Source of the DNA: Candidatus Binatia bacterium
GTDB lineage: Bacteria > Desulfobacterota > Binatia > UTPRO1
Assembly: GCA_036496285.1 (NCBI GenBank)
Contig: DASXLI010000055.1
Span: forward strand, 3,692-67,691
Length of the DNA stretch: 64,000 nt
Direction of reading: 5' to 3'
The position numbers and the translations under genes were made by a program. The notes beneath the pieces were generated by a model. The model did no database searches, had not been told where the DNA came from, and worked only from the letters and a program-made list of their open reading frames with translations. Positions within the stretch are counted from its first letter, which is position 1, and each line of letters begins with the position of its first letter. Of this stretch, positions 20,603 to 29,723 are shown piece after piece.

Positions 20603-20998
20603 TCAGAAGCTGATGCGGGCGGCTTCCTCGAGCAGGCGGGCGACCTCGGCCGGGTCGTACTCGTACGCGCGGTGGACGCCGATCCCGAGCGTGCCCCGCA
20701 CGGCGCCGGCCGCGTCGCGGATCGGCACCACGATCGCGCCGTTCACGCCCGTCTGCCGCGCTCCCGGACGGACATCGCCGGTGGTGTCGACCTGGATGTT
20801 GCAGCTCGAGACGGGCTCGTTGCGCTCGGCCGCGAGGCCCGCCATGCCTTTGCCGACCGGGACCCGGCGCACGATCTCGACGACGGGCGGCGGCAGGCCG
20901 ATCTCGGCCTCGAGGAGGAGCAGATCGCCCTCGCGCCGGTGGATGGTGCCGGTATCCGCGGGGAACCGTCCCATGATGGCCGCGAGCACGTCACGCAT
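20603..20998 (-). CDS. GAF domain protein
   Basis: About 131 aa with GAF-like fold motifs (VPVGKGMAGLAAERNEPV...NGAIVVPI). Divergent from the putative eboA. Confidence 0.55.
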   Translation of the reverse strand: MRDVLAAIMGRFPADTGTIHRREGDLLLLEAEIGLPPPVVEIVRRVPVGKGMAGLAAERNEPVSSCNIQVDTTGDVRPGARQTGVNGAIVVPIRDAAGAVRGTLGIGVHRAYEYDPAEVARLLEEAARISF

Positions 20999-21027
20999 GG
21001 CCAGGCGATAGCATAGGCGGCACGATC

Positions 21028-21693
21028 GTGGCAGGGGAGGTGGTCATGCTGGAGGTGTTGCGGGGGCTGCTGCGGGCGCGGACGGCGGTGCCGTTGCCCG
21101 GCGACGACCGGCCTGATGCCTCGGCCCCCGACGCGGGCGCGCTCCTGGCGGCGCTGGCGGGCGCCGGGCGGCGTGTCGGCAAGGCCACGCTCGCGCTCGA
21201 CGAGTCCGAGACGCGGCGCCTGCAAGGCGCCGGCGCGCACTGGCCGATCGCGACGCGTCTCGACGAGCTCTGGCGGATCGCGGTGCTGGTCGCGGCCGCG
21301 GCGCGACTTGACGGCGAGCGCCTCGTCGCCGACGCGTATCGCGGCGGCGACAGCGACGAGCGCTGCGCCGTGCTGCGCGCGCTGCCGCTCCTGCCCGCGC
21401 CCGAGCGCTTCACCGCGCTCGCGGCCGACGCGTGCCGGAGCCATGTGCGCCCGATCTTCGAGGCGCTGGCGTGCGAAAACCCATTTCCCGCGCGCCACCT
21501 CTCCACGCTACACTTCAATCAGATGATCCTGAAGGCGCTCTTCCTCGACGTGCCGCTCATGCGCGTGCTCGGCCTCGACGCCCGGCGGAGCGACGAGCTG
21601 GGGCGCATGGCGCGCGACTACGCCGCCGAGCGCCGCGCCGCCGGCCGTCCGGTGTCGGCGGACCTGGCCGCGCTCGCGGGGGAGGGCGCGTGA
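21028..21693 (+). CDS. eboA: putative EboA (first gene of the ebo cluster; no known domain)
   Basis: About 220-aa Ala/Leu-rich protein directly upstream of, and overlapping (GTGA), the TatD-family eboB. Assignment is by position in the ebo gene set. Confidence 0.5.
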   Translation: MAGEVVMLEVLRGLLRARTAVPLPGDDRPDASAPDAGALLAALAGAGRRVGKATLALDESETRRLQGAGAHWPIATRLDELWRIAVLVAAAARLDGERLVADAYRGGDSDERCAVLRALPLLPAPERFTALAADACRSHVRPIFEALACENPFPARHLSTLHFNQMILKALFLDVPLMRVLGLDARRSDELGRMARDYAAERRAAGRPVSADLAALAGEGA

Positions 21694-22577
21694 GGCTCAT
21701 CGACCCGCACATCCACATGACGTCGCGCACGACCGACGACTACCAGGCGATGGCCGCCGCCGGCATCGTCGCGGTCGTCGAGCCGGCGTTCTGGATCGGC
21801 CAGCCGCGCACCCACGTCGGCACCTTCGAGGACGGCTTCGCATCGCTCGTCGGCTGGGAGCGCTTCCGGGCGTCGCAGTTCGGCATCCGCCACTTCTGCA
21901 CCCTGGCGCTGAACCCGAAGGAGGCCAACGACCCCTCGCTCGTCGAGGGGGTGCTCGCGCTCCTGCCGCGTTGGCTCGAGAAGGAGAGCGTGGTGGCGGT
22001 CGGCGAGGTCGGCTTCGACGACCAGACGCAAGAGGAGGAGCACGTCTTCGCGCGCCAGCTCGAGCTCGCGCGCGCCCACGATCTGCCGGTCCTGGTGCAC
22101 ACGCCCCATCGCGACAAGAAGCGCGGCACCGAGCGCAGCCTCGCCCTGGTACGCGAGGCGGGCTTCCCCGAGGAGCGCGTGCTGATCGACCACAACAACG
22201 AGGAGACGCTGCCCCTCGTCCTCGCGACCGGCTGCTGGGCGGCGCACTCGATCTATCCCGACACCAAGATGGACGAGGAGCGCATGGTGGCGCTCGTGCA
22301 GCGTTACGGCGCCGAGCGCATCATCATCAACAGCGCCGCCGACTGGGGCATCTCCGATCCGTTGAAGGTGCCGAAGACCGCCGCGTTGATGCGCGAGCGC
22401 GGCATCGACGAGGCGACGATCGAGACCGTCGTCTGGCGCAATCCGCTGGCGTTCTTCGCGCAGTCGGGCCGGCTCGACGCGGCCGCGCTCGAGGCCGAGC
22501 CCGCGATCGACCAGCGGGAGCTCTACGAGGGGAACTCGGTGCTGCGCGCCGGCCGCACGCCGCTGGTGCGGCGGTGA
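21690..22577 (+). CDS. eboB: TatD-family metal-dependent hydrolase (EboB)
   Basis: IDPHIHM metal-binding start, plus TatD-like His/Asp motifs (VHTPHRDK, LIDHNNEE). Confidence 0.8.
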   Translation: MRLIDPHIHMTSRTTDDYQAMAAAGIVAVVEPAFWIGQPRTHVGTFEDGFASLVGWERFRASQFGIRHFCTLALNPKEANDPSLVEGVLALLPRWLEKESVVAVGEVGFDDQTQEEEHVFARQLELARAHDLPVLVHTPHRDKKRGTERSLALVREAGFPEERVLIDHNNEETLPLVLATGCWAAHSIYPDTKMDEERMVALVQRYGAERIIINSAADWGISDPLKVPKTAALMRERGIDEATIETVVWRNPLAFFAQSGRLDAAALEAEPAIDQRELYEGNSVLRAGRTPLVRR

Positions 22578-22605
22578 CGACGGCGTCGCGCGACGGACAC
22601 GCGCG

Positions 22606-23985
22606 GTGAGCATGCAGCGGACCGTGGTGGTGAACGTGGTCGGGCTCGACGCCGCCCTGCTCGGCGAGCACACGCCGCACCTCGCGGCGCTGGCGCGCGA
22701 GGGCGGGGTGCGTCCGCTCGAGACGGTCGTGCCGGCGGTGACCTGCACCGCGCAGGCGAGCTTCCTGACCGGCACCATGCCGCGCGAGCACGGCTGCGTC
22801 GCCAACGGCTGGTACTTCCGCGATCTTGCCGAGGTGTGGCTGTGGCGCCAGTCGAACCACCTGGTCGGCGGCGAGAAGCTGTGGGAGGCGGCGCGCCGGC
22901 AGGATCCGTCGTTCACCTGCGCCAACCTCTTCTGGTGGTACAACATGTACAGCTCGGTGGATCACGCGGTCACACCGCGGCCGATCTACCTCGCCGACGG
23001 ACTGAAGCTCCCCGACTTCTACACCGAGCCGTCCGAGTTGCACGGTGAGCTGCGCCAGCGCCTCGGCGACTTCCCGCTCTTCCACTTCTGGGGCCCGAAC
23101 GCCGACATCCGCTCGAGCCGCTGGATCGCCGACGCCGCCCGCTACGTCTACGACACGCGGAAGCCGACGCTCACGCTCGTCTACCTGCCACACCTCGACT
23201 ACAACCTGCAGCGCCTCGGCCCCGGCGACCCCGCGATTGCGGCCGACCTGCGCGCGATCGACGACGTCGCCGGCGAGCTGATCGCGCACGTGCGCGCCGA
23301 CGGCGCACGCGTCGTCGTGCTGTCGGAGTACGCGATCGGGCCGGTGCGCGGCGTCGTCCACGTGAATCGCGCGCTGCGCGAGGCGGGTCTGGTGCGGGTG
23401 CGCGAGGAGCTCGGGCTCGAGAAGCTCGACGCGGGCGCGTCGGAGGCGTTCGCGGTCGCAGATCATCAAGTGGCGCACGTCTACGTGAAGCGGCGCGAGC
23501 GGATCGGTGAGGTGCGCGCGCTGCTCGCGCGGCTCCCCGGCGTCGCGCAGGTGCTCGACGACGAGGGCAAGCGCGCGCTCGGCCTCGATCACGAGCGCTC
23601 CGGCGAGCTCGTCGCGCTCGCCGCCGACGACCATTGGTTCGCCTACTACTACTGGCTCGACGACGCGCGCGCTCCCGAATGGGCGCGCACCGTCGACATC
23701 CATCGCAAGCCCGGCTACGACCCGGCCGAGCTCTTCGTCGATCCCACGCTGACCCTCCCCGCGGCGCAGGTCGGCTGGCGCCTCGCGAAGAAGATGCTCG
23801 GCTTCCGCATGCTGATGGACGTGATCGGCCTCGATCCGTCGCTGGTACGGGGATCGCACGGCGCCCGTACGACCGGCCCGGTGCTGCTCTCGAGCGAGCC
23901 GACCTTGCTGCCCGGCGAGGGCGCCGTGCACGCCACGCAGGTGAAGGGACTGATCCTGCGCCACCTCGGGCTCGCGGCCTCGTGA
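22606..23985 (+). CDS. eboF: alkaline-phosphatase-superfamily nucleotide pyrophosphatase/phosphodiesterase (EboF)
   Basis: AlkP-core motifs (VVNVVGLD, TCTAQASFLTG with the Thr nucleophile, LVYLPHLD). Confidence 0.8.
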   Translation: MSMQRTVVVNVVGLDAALLGEHTPHLAALAREGGVRPLETVVPAVTCTAQASFLTGTMPREHGCVANGWYFRDLAEVWLWRQSNHLVGGEKLWEAARRQDPSFTCANLFWWYNMYSSVDHAVTPRPIYLADGLKLPDFYTEPSELHGELRQRLGDFPLFHFWGPNADIRSSRWIADAARYVYDTRKPTLTLVYLPHLDYNLQRLGPGDPAIAADLRAIDDVAGELIAHVRADGARVVVLSEYAIGPVRGVVHVNRALREAGLVRVREELGLEKLDAGASEAFAVADHQVAHVYVKRRERIGEVRALLARLPGVAQVLDDEGKRALGLDHERSGELVALAADDHWFAYYYWLDDARAPEWARTVDIHRKPGYDPAELFVDPTLTLPAAQVGWRLAKKMLGFRMLMDVIGLDPSLVRGSHGARTTGPVLLSSEPTLLPGEGAVHATQVKGLILRHLGLAAS

Positions 23986-25250
23986 GCCCGTCCCGGCTGC
24001 GGCAGCGGCCTCTCGTGCCGGTCGTGCTGTTTCTAATGATCGGCGCCGTGATCGCGCTGCGCACCGCGCGGAACCTGAACGTGCCCGGACACCCCGAGCT
24101 TCCGGGCTACGGACTGCACGACTTCCGCGACGTGCTCTACTACCCCGCCGTCGCCGTGCTCGACGGGCGGAATCCCTACGACCCGGCCGTCTTCCGCAGC
24201 GCCTATCCGGTGGCGCGGCCGCTCGCGCCGTACGCGCCGACGATGCTGATGCTGCACGTGCCGTTCGCGCTCCTGCCGTTCCCGCTCGCCGAGTGGACGC
24301 ACTTCGCGATGAACCTGACGCTGATGCTCGCGCTCGCGTACCTCGCGCTCGACGCCTGCGGATTGCCGGTCGCGGCGGCCGGCGTGTTCGGTCTCGGCGC
24401 GGTGATCCTGCTCAGCCGGCCGGCGCACATGACGCTCTACATCGGGCAGTCCTCGGCGTATCTGGTCGCCGCGACGTATTGCGCCTTGCTCTTCGCCGAG
24501 CGCCGTCCGGCGCTCGCCGGGGTCGCGCTCGCGATCGCGTGCGCCAAGCCGACGTTCGGCATCCCGCTCTGCGCGGTGCTATTAGTGCGCGGCGACCGCG
24601 CCGCGCTCGTCTGGGGGCTCACGCTCGCTGCCGTGGCGGGCGCCGTCATGGTCGCGGTGCTCGCGCCGGCGGCGGGAGGCCTCGCGCCCCTCGTCGAGTC
24701 CATCCGCGACAGCTACGCGCGCCTCATGCAGGATCCGTCGGCCAACGCGGCGTCGAGCATCATCCGCGTCGATGCCGTCGCGCTCGTCGGCCGCCTGCTC
24801 GGTGGCACGGTCGGCCCGGCCGCCGAGAGCCTGGCGACGCTGGCGCTCCTCGCCACCGGCACGGCCGCCGTGTGGCGGATCAGCTGCGCGGGCGACGCCG
24901 ACGCGCGGCTGCGGTCCGCCTGCGTTGCCTGCGTCACGATCCTCGCCTGCATGTACCACCAGTCGTACGACGGGCTCCTGCTGACGCTGCCGATGCTCGC
25001 GCTCGCGAGCGGCCGGCTCGGGGACGCCCCGGTGACGCGGCTGGTGGCATTCGTCGCCATGTCGGTTCCCGCCCTCAACTACGTGGCGACGGACACGGTC
25101 GTCGACGCGCTCGGCGTGCAAGGCACGGCACGCGCCGTCATCGGCTCGGTGAACGGTGCGGCGCTGCTCGTTGCGTTCGTGGCGGTCACGATGCTCGCCG
25201 TCAGCCGGCGCGGCGTCGCCCGCCCGCTCGTCGCCGACGTGGCCGGGTGA
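23982..25250 (+). CDS. GT87/DUF2029-like polytopic membrane protein (putative polyprenyl-phosphate-dependent glycosyltransferase), paralog A
   Basis: GTG start overlapping the eboF stop (GTGA). About 11 predicted TM helices. Conserved loop GxxDFRDxxYYPA and NPY motifs, and HQSYD near the C-terminus. Confidence 0.6.
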   Translation: MSPSRLRQRPLVPVVLFLMIGAVIALRTARNLNVPGHPELPGYGLHDFRDVLYYPAVAVLDGRNPYDPAVFRSAYPVARPLAPYAPTMLMLHVPFALLPFPLAEWTHFAMNLTLMLALAYLALDACGLPVAAAGVFGLGAVILLSRPAHMTLYIGQSSAYLVAATYCALLFAERRPALAGVALAIACAKPTFGIPLCAVLLVRGDRAALVWGLTLAAVAGAVMVAVLAPAAGGLAPLVESIRDSYARLMQDPSANAASSIIRVDAVALVGRLLGGTVGPAAESLATLALLATGTAAVWRISCAGDADARLRSACVACVTILACMYHQSYDGLLLTLPMLALASGRLGDAPVTRLVAFVAMSVPALNYVATDTVVDALGVQGTARAVIGSVNGAALLVAFVAVTMLAVSRRGVARPLVADVAG

Positions 25251-26539
25251 GCGCGGCCGTGCGCGACGATCACGCCGCCGCGGCAGGCAGCCGCCGGACG
25301 GCGCTCCTGCTCGCGCTCATCGTGTTCGCGATCGCCTTCGGTGCGGTGTCGCTGCGCACCTACCGAAACGCGATCGTTCCGGGGCAGCCGGAGCTCGAGC
25401 GCTATGGTCTCCGCGACTTCCGCGACGCCGTGCATTACCCGGCGCGCGCGCTCCTCGACGGCGTCAACCCGTATCGTCCGTCGACGTACCGCGCGCGCTA
25501 CCCGGTTGGCTCCAAGTTTCCGCTGTACACGCCGCTCACCCTGTTGGTGCACCTGCCGTTCGGGATGGGGTCGGTGCTCGCCGCCGGCACGGTGCACTAC
25601 CTCCTGAACGTGCTCTGCATGGTGCTGCTCGCGTACCTCAGCCTGCGCGTGTGCGGTGCGCGCCACGACGCGGCGGCGGTGCTCGGTCTCGGGGCGTTCA
25701 TCCTCGTGTGCCGGCCGGGCTACACCAACGTCTACACCGGCGAGTGCACCGCATACGTCACGCTCGGGGCGTATCTGGTCCTGGCGTTCGCCGAGGATCG
25801 GCCGGTCGTCGGCGCGCTCGGGGCGGCGCTCGCCTGGGTGAAGCCGACGTTCGGTGCGCCGCTCACCATCCTGCTCCTCGCGCGGCGCGATTGGCGGAAC
25901 GCGGCGCTGCGCGGCATCCTGCTGGGCGCGATCGTCTCGCTTCCGGTGCTGCTCGTGCTGCTGCGGGCGGAAGGCGGGGTCGGACCGTTGCTCGGCTCCG
26001 TGGTCGAGAACTATACGACCAGGAACACCGGGGAGACCTACTCGGGCGCGAGCGTGCTGGCGCTCGACGCGGGCGCGTTCGTCGCGCGCCTGCTCGGCCG
26101 CACGCCGGGAGCGGCGCTCGGCGGTGTCGAGCTCGCGGTCACGCTGCTGATCCTGGGCTTCGGCGTCGGCGCGGTCCTGTGCGCCGGCGAGGATCGCGCG
26201 AGCCGCTTCACGGCGATCACGATCGCCTGCCTGACCGTGCTGCTTGCCGTGCATCACCAGTCGTACGACGCGATCCTCGTGATCCTTCCGGCGACGGCGC
26301 TCGCGACCGGCCGCTGGTCGCCCCGCCTGCCGCTGCTCGGTGCCGCCACACCCTGGATGCTGTGCGCGCTGCTGCTGGTACCGTTCGTGAACTACGCCGC
26401 CTCGTACGCGTTCGTCGACCGCTGGCATCTGACCGGTTGGTCGTGGCTCGCCGCGACCAACGCGAACGGCGGCGCGCTCCTCTGCGCCCTCGTCTTGACC
26501 GGCGCTCTCGCGTTCGGCGCCGGCGCGGAAACGCGTTAG
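25247..26539 (+). CDS. GT87/DUF2029-like polytopic membrane protein, paralog B (tandem duplicate of the preceding gene)
   Basis: GTG start overlapping the previous stop (GTGA). About 45% identity to paralog A across the full length (RNxxVPGxPEL...GLxDFRD...NPY...KPTFG...HHQSYD). Confidence 0.6.
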   Translation: MSAAVRDDHAAAAGSRRTALLLALIVFAIAFGAVSLRTYRNAIVPGQPELERYGLRDFRDAVHYPARALLDGVNPYRPSTYRARYPVGSKFPLYTPLTLLVHLPFGMGSVLAAGTVHYLLNVLCMVLLAYLSLRVCGARHDAAAVLGLGAFILVCRPGYTNVYTGECTAYVTLGAYLVLAFAEDRPVVGALGAALAWVKPTFGAPLTILLLARRDWRNAALRGILLGAIVSLPVLLVLLRAEGGVGPLLGSVVENYTTRNTGETYSGASVLALDAGAFVARLLGRTPGAALGGVELAVTLLILGFGVGAVLCAGEDRASRFTAITIACLTVLLAVHHQSYDAILVILPATALATGRWSPRLPLLGAATPWMLCALLLVPFVNYAASYAFVDRWHLTGWSWLAATNANGGALLCALVLTGALAFGAGAETR

Positions 26540-26594
26540 GCCGCGCTGCGACGCGAGAGGCCAGCCGGACTGCCCGGTGGGCGCGCGGGAATGC

Positions 26595-27617
26595 CTATGC
26601 GCCGAGCCGGGCCAGCGTGCGTTGGATCTCGTCGAAGTCGGCGGCAGAGATGGTGACGCGGTTTGTCGAGTGGAAGGGCGGGAGCGCGCCGCGGACGGCG
26701 GACTCGTCGACCTCGACCCCGAACACCTCGCGGCCGACGGCGCCGATCAGCGCCTCGGGCGCGTGGCAGAAGTCCTCGTACTCGACGACGCGGAAGCGCG
26801 ACGGCCCGAGCTCGCGCTGCTGCTCGCGCATGCGGCGCTCGTGATAGACGAGCTGCGCGCACACCGCCTCGATCGGGCTCGCCGCGTCCTGGCCGACGAC
26901 GCGGTGCCGCGGGTCGGGGACGCCGTACGGTCCCTGGCGCGAGCCCTGGATGACCTCACGCGCGTGCAGGATCGACTGCGCCGCGTACGCGGGCTCGCGG
27001 CGGATGTAGACGAAATGCGCGGTCGGCAGCGCCCCCGCGATCGTCGACGCGACCGTCGCGATCGCGTTGTTCTTGGTGAGGAGCGGCTTGCCGAGCGCCG
27101 TCTCGTACGCCGCGAAGAACCGCCGCATCTCCTCGGCGGTGTGCGGGTCGAGGGCGGCGGGCGGCGTGTAGCGGTCCTCGCCGAGCCAGCGATCCCACAG
27201 GTACAGGCCGTCATTCTGGTCGGCGAATCCCCGGGTGCGGCCGTAGAAGCTGTGGAACGCGGGCGGGCGCGGGCGCAGCACCGACGCGAACACGCGGTTG
27301 GCGACGATCGGTGCCCGCGGGAAGACGGCGGTCAGGTTGTTGAAGTAGCCGACCGGGAGTTGCGAGCGCAGCACCTGCGAGACGACGGTCGTGCCGCTGC
27401 GCGGCGCGCCGGTGACGATGACGATCGGCAGGTGCGGCGACGTCGCCTGCGCGTAGAGCTTGCGCTCGGAACGCGCGAGCACGCCGTCCAGGGGGGCGGC
27501 GAGCGCGGCGAGGCCCGTCGACAGGATGGCGAAGAGCGCGGCGGGGTCGCGGGACCGGATCAGCCTGGAGACCAGGCCGACGGGGTCCTGGAAGTTTCGT
27601 GGGATCAGATGCGCCAT
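26595..27617 (-). CDS. sulfotransferase family protein
   Basis: PAPS 5'-phosphosulfate-binding P-loop TGAPRSGTT. Downstream region with RREP...Y. Last gene of the eboD-E-C operon. Confidence 0.7.
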   Translation of the reverse strand: MAHLIPRNFQDPVGLVSRLIRSRDPAALFAILSTGLAALAAPLDGVLARSERKLYAQATSPHLPIVIVTGAPRSGTTVVSQVLRSQLPVGYFNNLTAVFPRAPIVANRVFASVLRPRPPAFHSFYGRTRGFADQNDGLYLWDRWLGEDRYTPPAALDPHTAEEMRRFFAAYETALGKPLLTKNNAIATVASTIAGALPTAHFVYIRREPAYAAQSILHAREVIQGSRQGPYGVPDPRHRVVGQDAASPIEAVCAQLVYHERRMREQQRELGPSRFRVVEYEDFCHAPEALIGAVGREVFGVEVDESAVRGALPPFHSTNRVTISAADFDEIQRTLARLGA

Positions 27618-27684
27618 TGCCGCACGCCTCATTTCTAGCGTGCGAGGTGGACCGAGTTCCAGCCGCGTAACGCGTCCCGCGACA

Positions 27685-28542
27685 TCACGTGCCGCGGACC
27701 CAGCGCTGCAGCGCGAGCGTCGCGGGCCAGCCGAGCGCGCAGGCGGCGGCCGTCGTTGCGGCGCCTGCGTTGGCGATCGCCAGCGCGTCCACGAGGGCGA
27801 TGCCGGCGATCATGCCGGCGACCGCGCGCGGGAAGCGGTCCGGCGCGGTCCCCCGCAGCAGCCTGACCGCGGCGAGGACGGCGGCGAGGAGCAGCACCCA
27901 TACGGCCGCCGCGACGATGCCGCGGTCGAGGGCGCGCCAGCCGAGGAGAAGCGGCGCGGCGAGGAACGCGAGCGGCCACAGGCTCTCGACCCGCGCCAGC
28001 TGCTCCTGCTTGGCGGCATAGGTGAGGCCGATCAGATAGGCGAAGAGGATCGTCGCGCCGGCGACGACCGGCACCGCGAGGGAGCCCGCGACCGCCAGCG
28101 CGGCAGTCGCGTAGACGAGCCAGCGGCACGCGCCCATGAGGATCGGGCTGAGCGGATTCTGCTTGTGCCACAGGTCGTACAGCACGATCATGCCGGCGAG
28201 GGCGAGGGCCGCGACGACCGCCGCCGCGCCGGGCGCACGCGCGGCGATCAGTAGCATCCCCGCCGCGAGAAGCCCGAAGCCGACCGTGAACACCTCCGCG
28301 GCGCTGACGGCGCCGCTCGGGATCGGCCGCTCGGGGCGCTCGCGCGCGTCGATCGCACGGTCGAAGGCGTCGTTCAGGAACATGCCCCCGACGTAGAAGC
28401 AGGAGAGCGCCGCTGCCGTGTACGCGTAGACGAGCGCACCCGGACGGGCGCCCGCCAGGACGATGCCGGCGGCGACGTTCGTCCAGACCGTCGGCAGGTT
28501 CGACACCCGGCCGAGCTGGAGATAGAGGCGCCGCCGGCTCAC
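27685..28542 (-). CDS. eboC: UbiA-family aromatic/polyprenyl prenyltransferase (EboC)
   Basis: NDxxDxxxD motif (NDAFDRAIDARERPERP) and multiple TM helices. GTG start overlapping the eboE stop. The listed 666-aa ORF is a read-through frame; the true gene is its C-terminal 285 aa. Confidence 0.8.
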   Translation of the reverse strand: MSRRRLYLQLGRVSNLPTVWTNVAAGIVLAGARPGALVYAYTAAALSCFYVGGMFLNDAFDRAIDARERPERPIPSGAVSAAEVFTVGFGLLAAGMLLIAARAPGAAAVVAALALAGMIVLYDLWHKQNPLSPILMGACRWLVYATAALAVAGSLAVPVVAGATILFAYLIGLTYAAKQEQLARVESLWPLAFLAAPLLLGWRALDRGIVAAAVWVLLLAAVLAAVRLLRGTAPDRFPRAVAGMIAGIALVDALAIANAGAATTAAACALGWPATLALQRWVRGT

Positions 28543-29723
28543 GGCGCGGTCATCTGGTCGACGACCCAGGTGAGCTCGCGCGCAACCGCGTCGGCGATCG
28601 GCTCCGTGCGGAACTCCTCGGGCAGCACGTCCCAGGTGTAGGTCTCGACCTCGAGGTGCGCGGTCGGCGCGTCGCGGCGGACCAGCGCCAGGAGCTCGCG
28701 CACGTAACCCTGCGTCGAGCGGAAGCGGCCAAGCGCCTCGCGGAAGAGCGGCACGTGGAAGTGGATGCGCCATTCCCGGGTCGCGTCCGGGCGGCGCTCC
28801 GCCTCGGCGAGCGCGGCCGGCAGGTCGGTCCAGCGGAGCAAGCCTCCCGCCGAACGCTCGACGACCTGGTGCAGGTAGACGTCCTCGGCGAAGGCGCGCA
28901 GGGCGTCGCGGTCGACGGCGGAGCCGACCGACGCGGCGAGCCCGGCGCTCACCTGGATCTTCACGACGCGGATGCCGCGCGACCCGAGGGCGGCGAGCGC
29001 GGCGGCCGGGTCCTCGTACTCGACCGCCATGTGGCAGGCGTCGAGGCAGACGCCGACGTGGCGGCGAAGCGCGGCCGCGCTCGCGGACGGACCGAGCCCC
29101 GGTACCTGGCGGCGGAACAGATGATCCTCGAAGAACGCGACCGTCTCGGCGATCGTTTCGAGCTGGCAGCACGGCTCCGGCTCGAGCGCGAGGGCGATGG
29201 CGACGCCCTGGCGCTCGTGCAGGTCGTGCAGGGTGGCGACGTGCGCCGCGATGCGCGCGGCGATCGCGTCGGCGTCGCCGGCGCCGCCGAGCCGCGCCTT
29301 GAAGGCGCCCGGGACGGTCGAGATGCTGCCCTCGCAGCCGCCTGGCACGAGCGCTGCGAGGATGCGCGCGAGGCCGTCGGTATAGGCGAGCCGTTCGTCC
29401 TCGAGCCAGTCGGGCCGGTAGACGTCCTCTTTCACCGGCGTTCCGTGGAAGCGGCCGTAGGGGAAGCCGTTGATGGTGAAGACGTACAGCCCGCTTTCCG
29501 CGAGGTAGGTGCGAAAGGCCGCCAGCTCGTCCGGCGCTGCGAGCGCCGTCGCGGCCGCGCCGGAGAGCCGCAGCCCGACGCCGAACGGCCGGTCCGGCGC
29601 GACCCGCGCCTTCACCGCGCGCACGTGCGTCGCGACGTTCCGCCGCACCTCCGGCCAGGTCTCGCCGGCGTGGATGTTGGTGCAATAGGTGAGGTGCGGG
29701 GCGCCGGGCGCGGCGAGTCTCAT
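28539..29723 (-). CDS. eboE: xylose-isomerase-like TIM-barrel sugar-phosphate isomerase/epimerase (EboE)
   Basis: About 394 aa. TIM-barrel AP-endonuclease 2 / xylose-isomerase-like pattern. Start overlaps the eboD stop (ATGA). Confidence 0.8.
   Translation of the reverse strand: MRLAAPGAPHLTYCTNIHAGETWPEVRRNVATHVRAVKARVAPDRPFGVGLRLSGAAATALAAPDELAAFRTYLAESGLYVFTINGFPYGRFHGTPVKEDVYRPDWLEDERLAYTDGLARILAALVPGGCEGSISTVPGAFKARLGGAGDADAIAARIAAHVATLHDLHERQGVAIALALEPEPCCQLETIAETVAFFEDHLFRRQVPGLGPSASAAALRRHVGVCLDACHMAVEYEDPAAALAALGSRGIRVVKIQVSAGLAASVGSAVDRDALRAFAEDVYLHQVVERSAGGLLRWTDLPAALAEAERRPDATREWRIHFHVPLFREALGRFRSTQGYVRELLALVRRDAPTAHLEVETYTWDVLPEEFRTEPIADAVARELTWVVDQMTAP

Noticed and set aside
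26540-26594. Bidirectional terminator hairpin between the convergent GT87b and sulfotransferase genes.
   Set aside because: Only short, imperfect inverted repeats (CCGG...CCGG) were seen. They are not sufficient to call a terminator.
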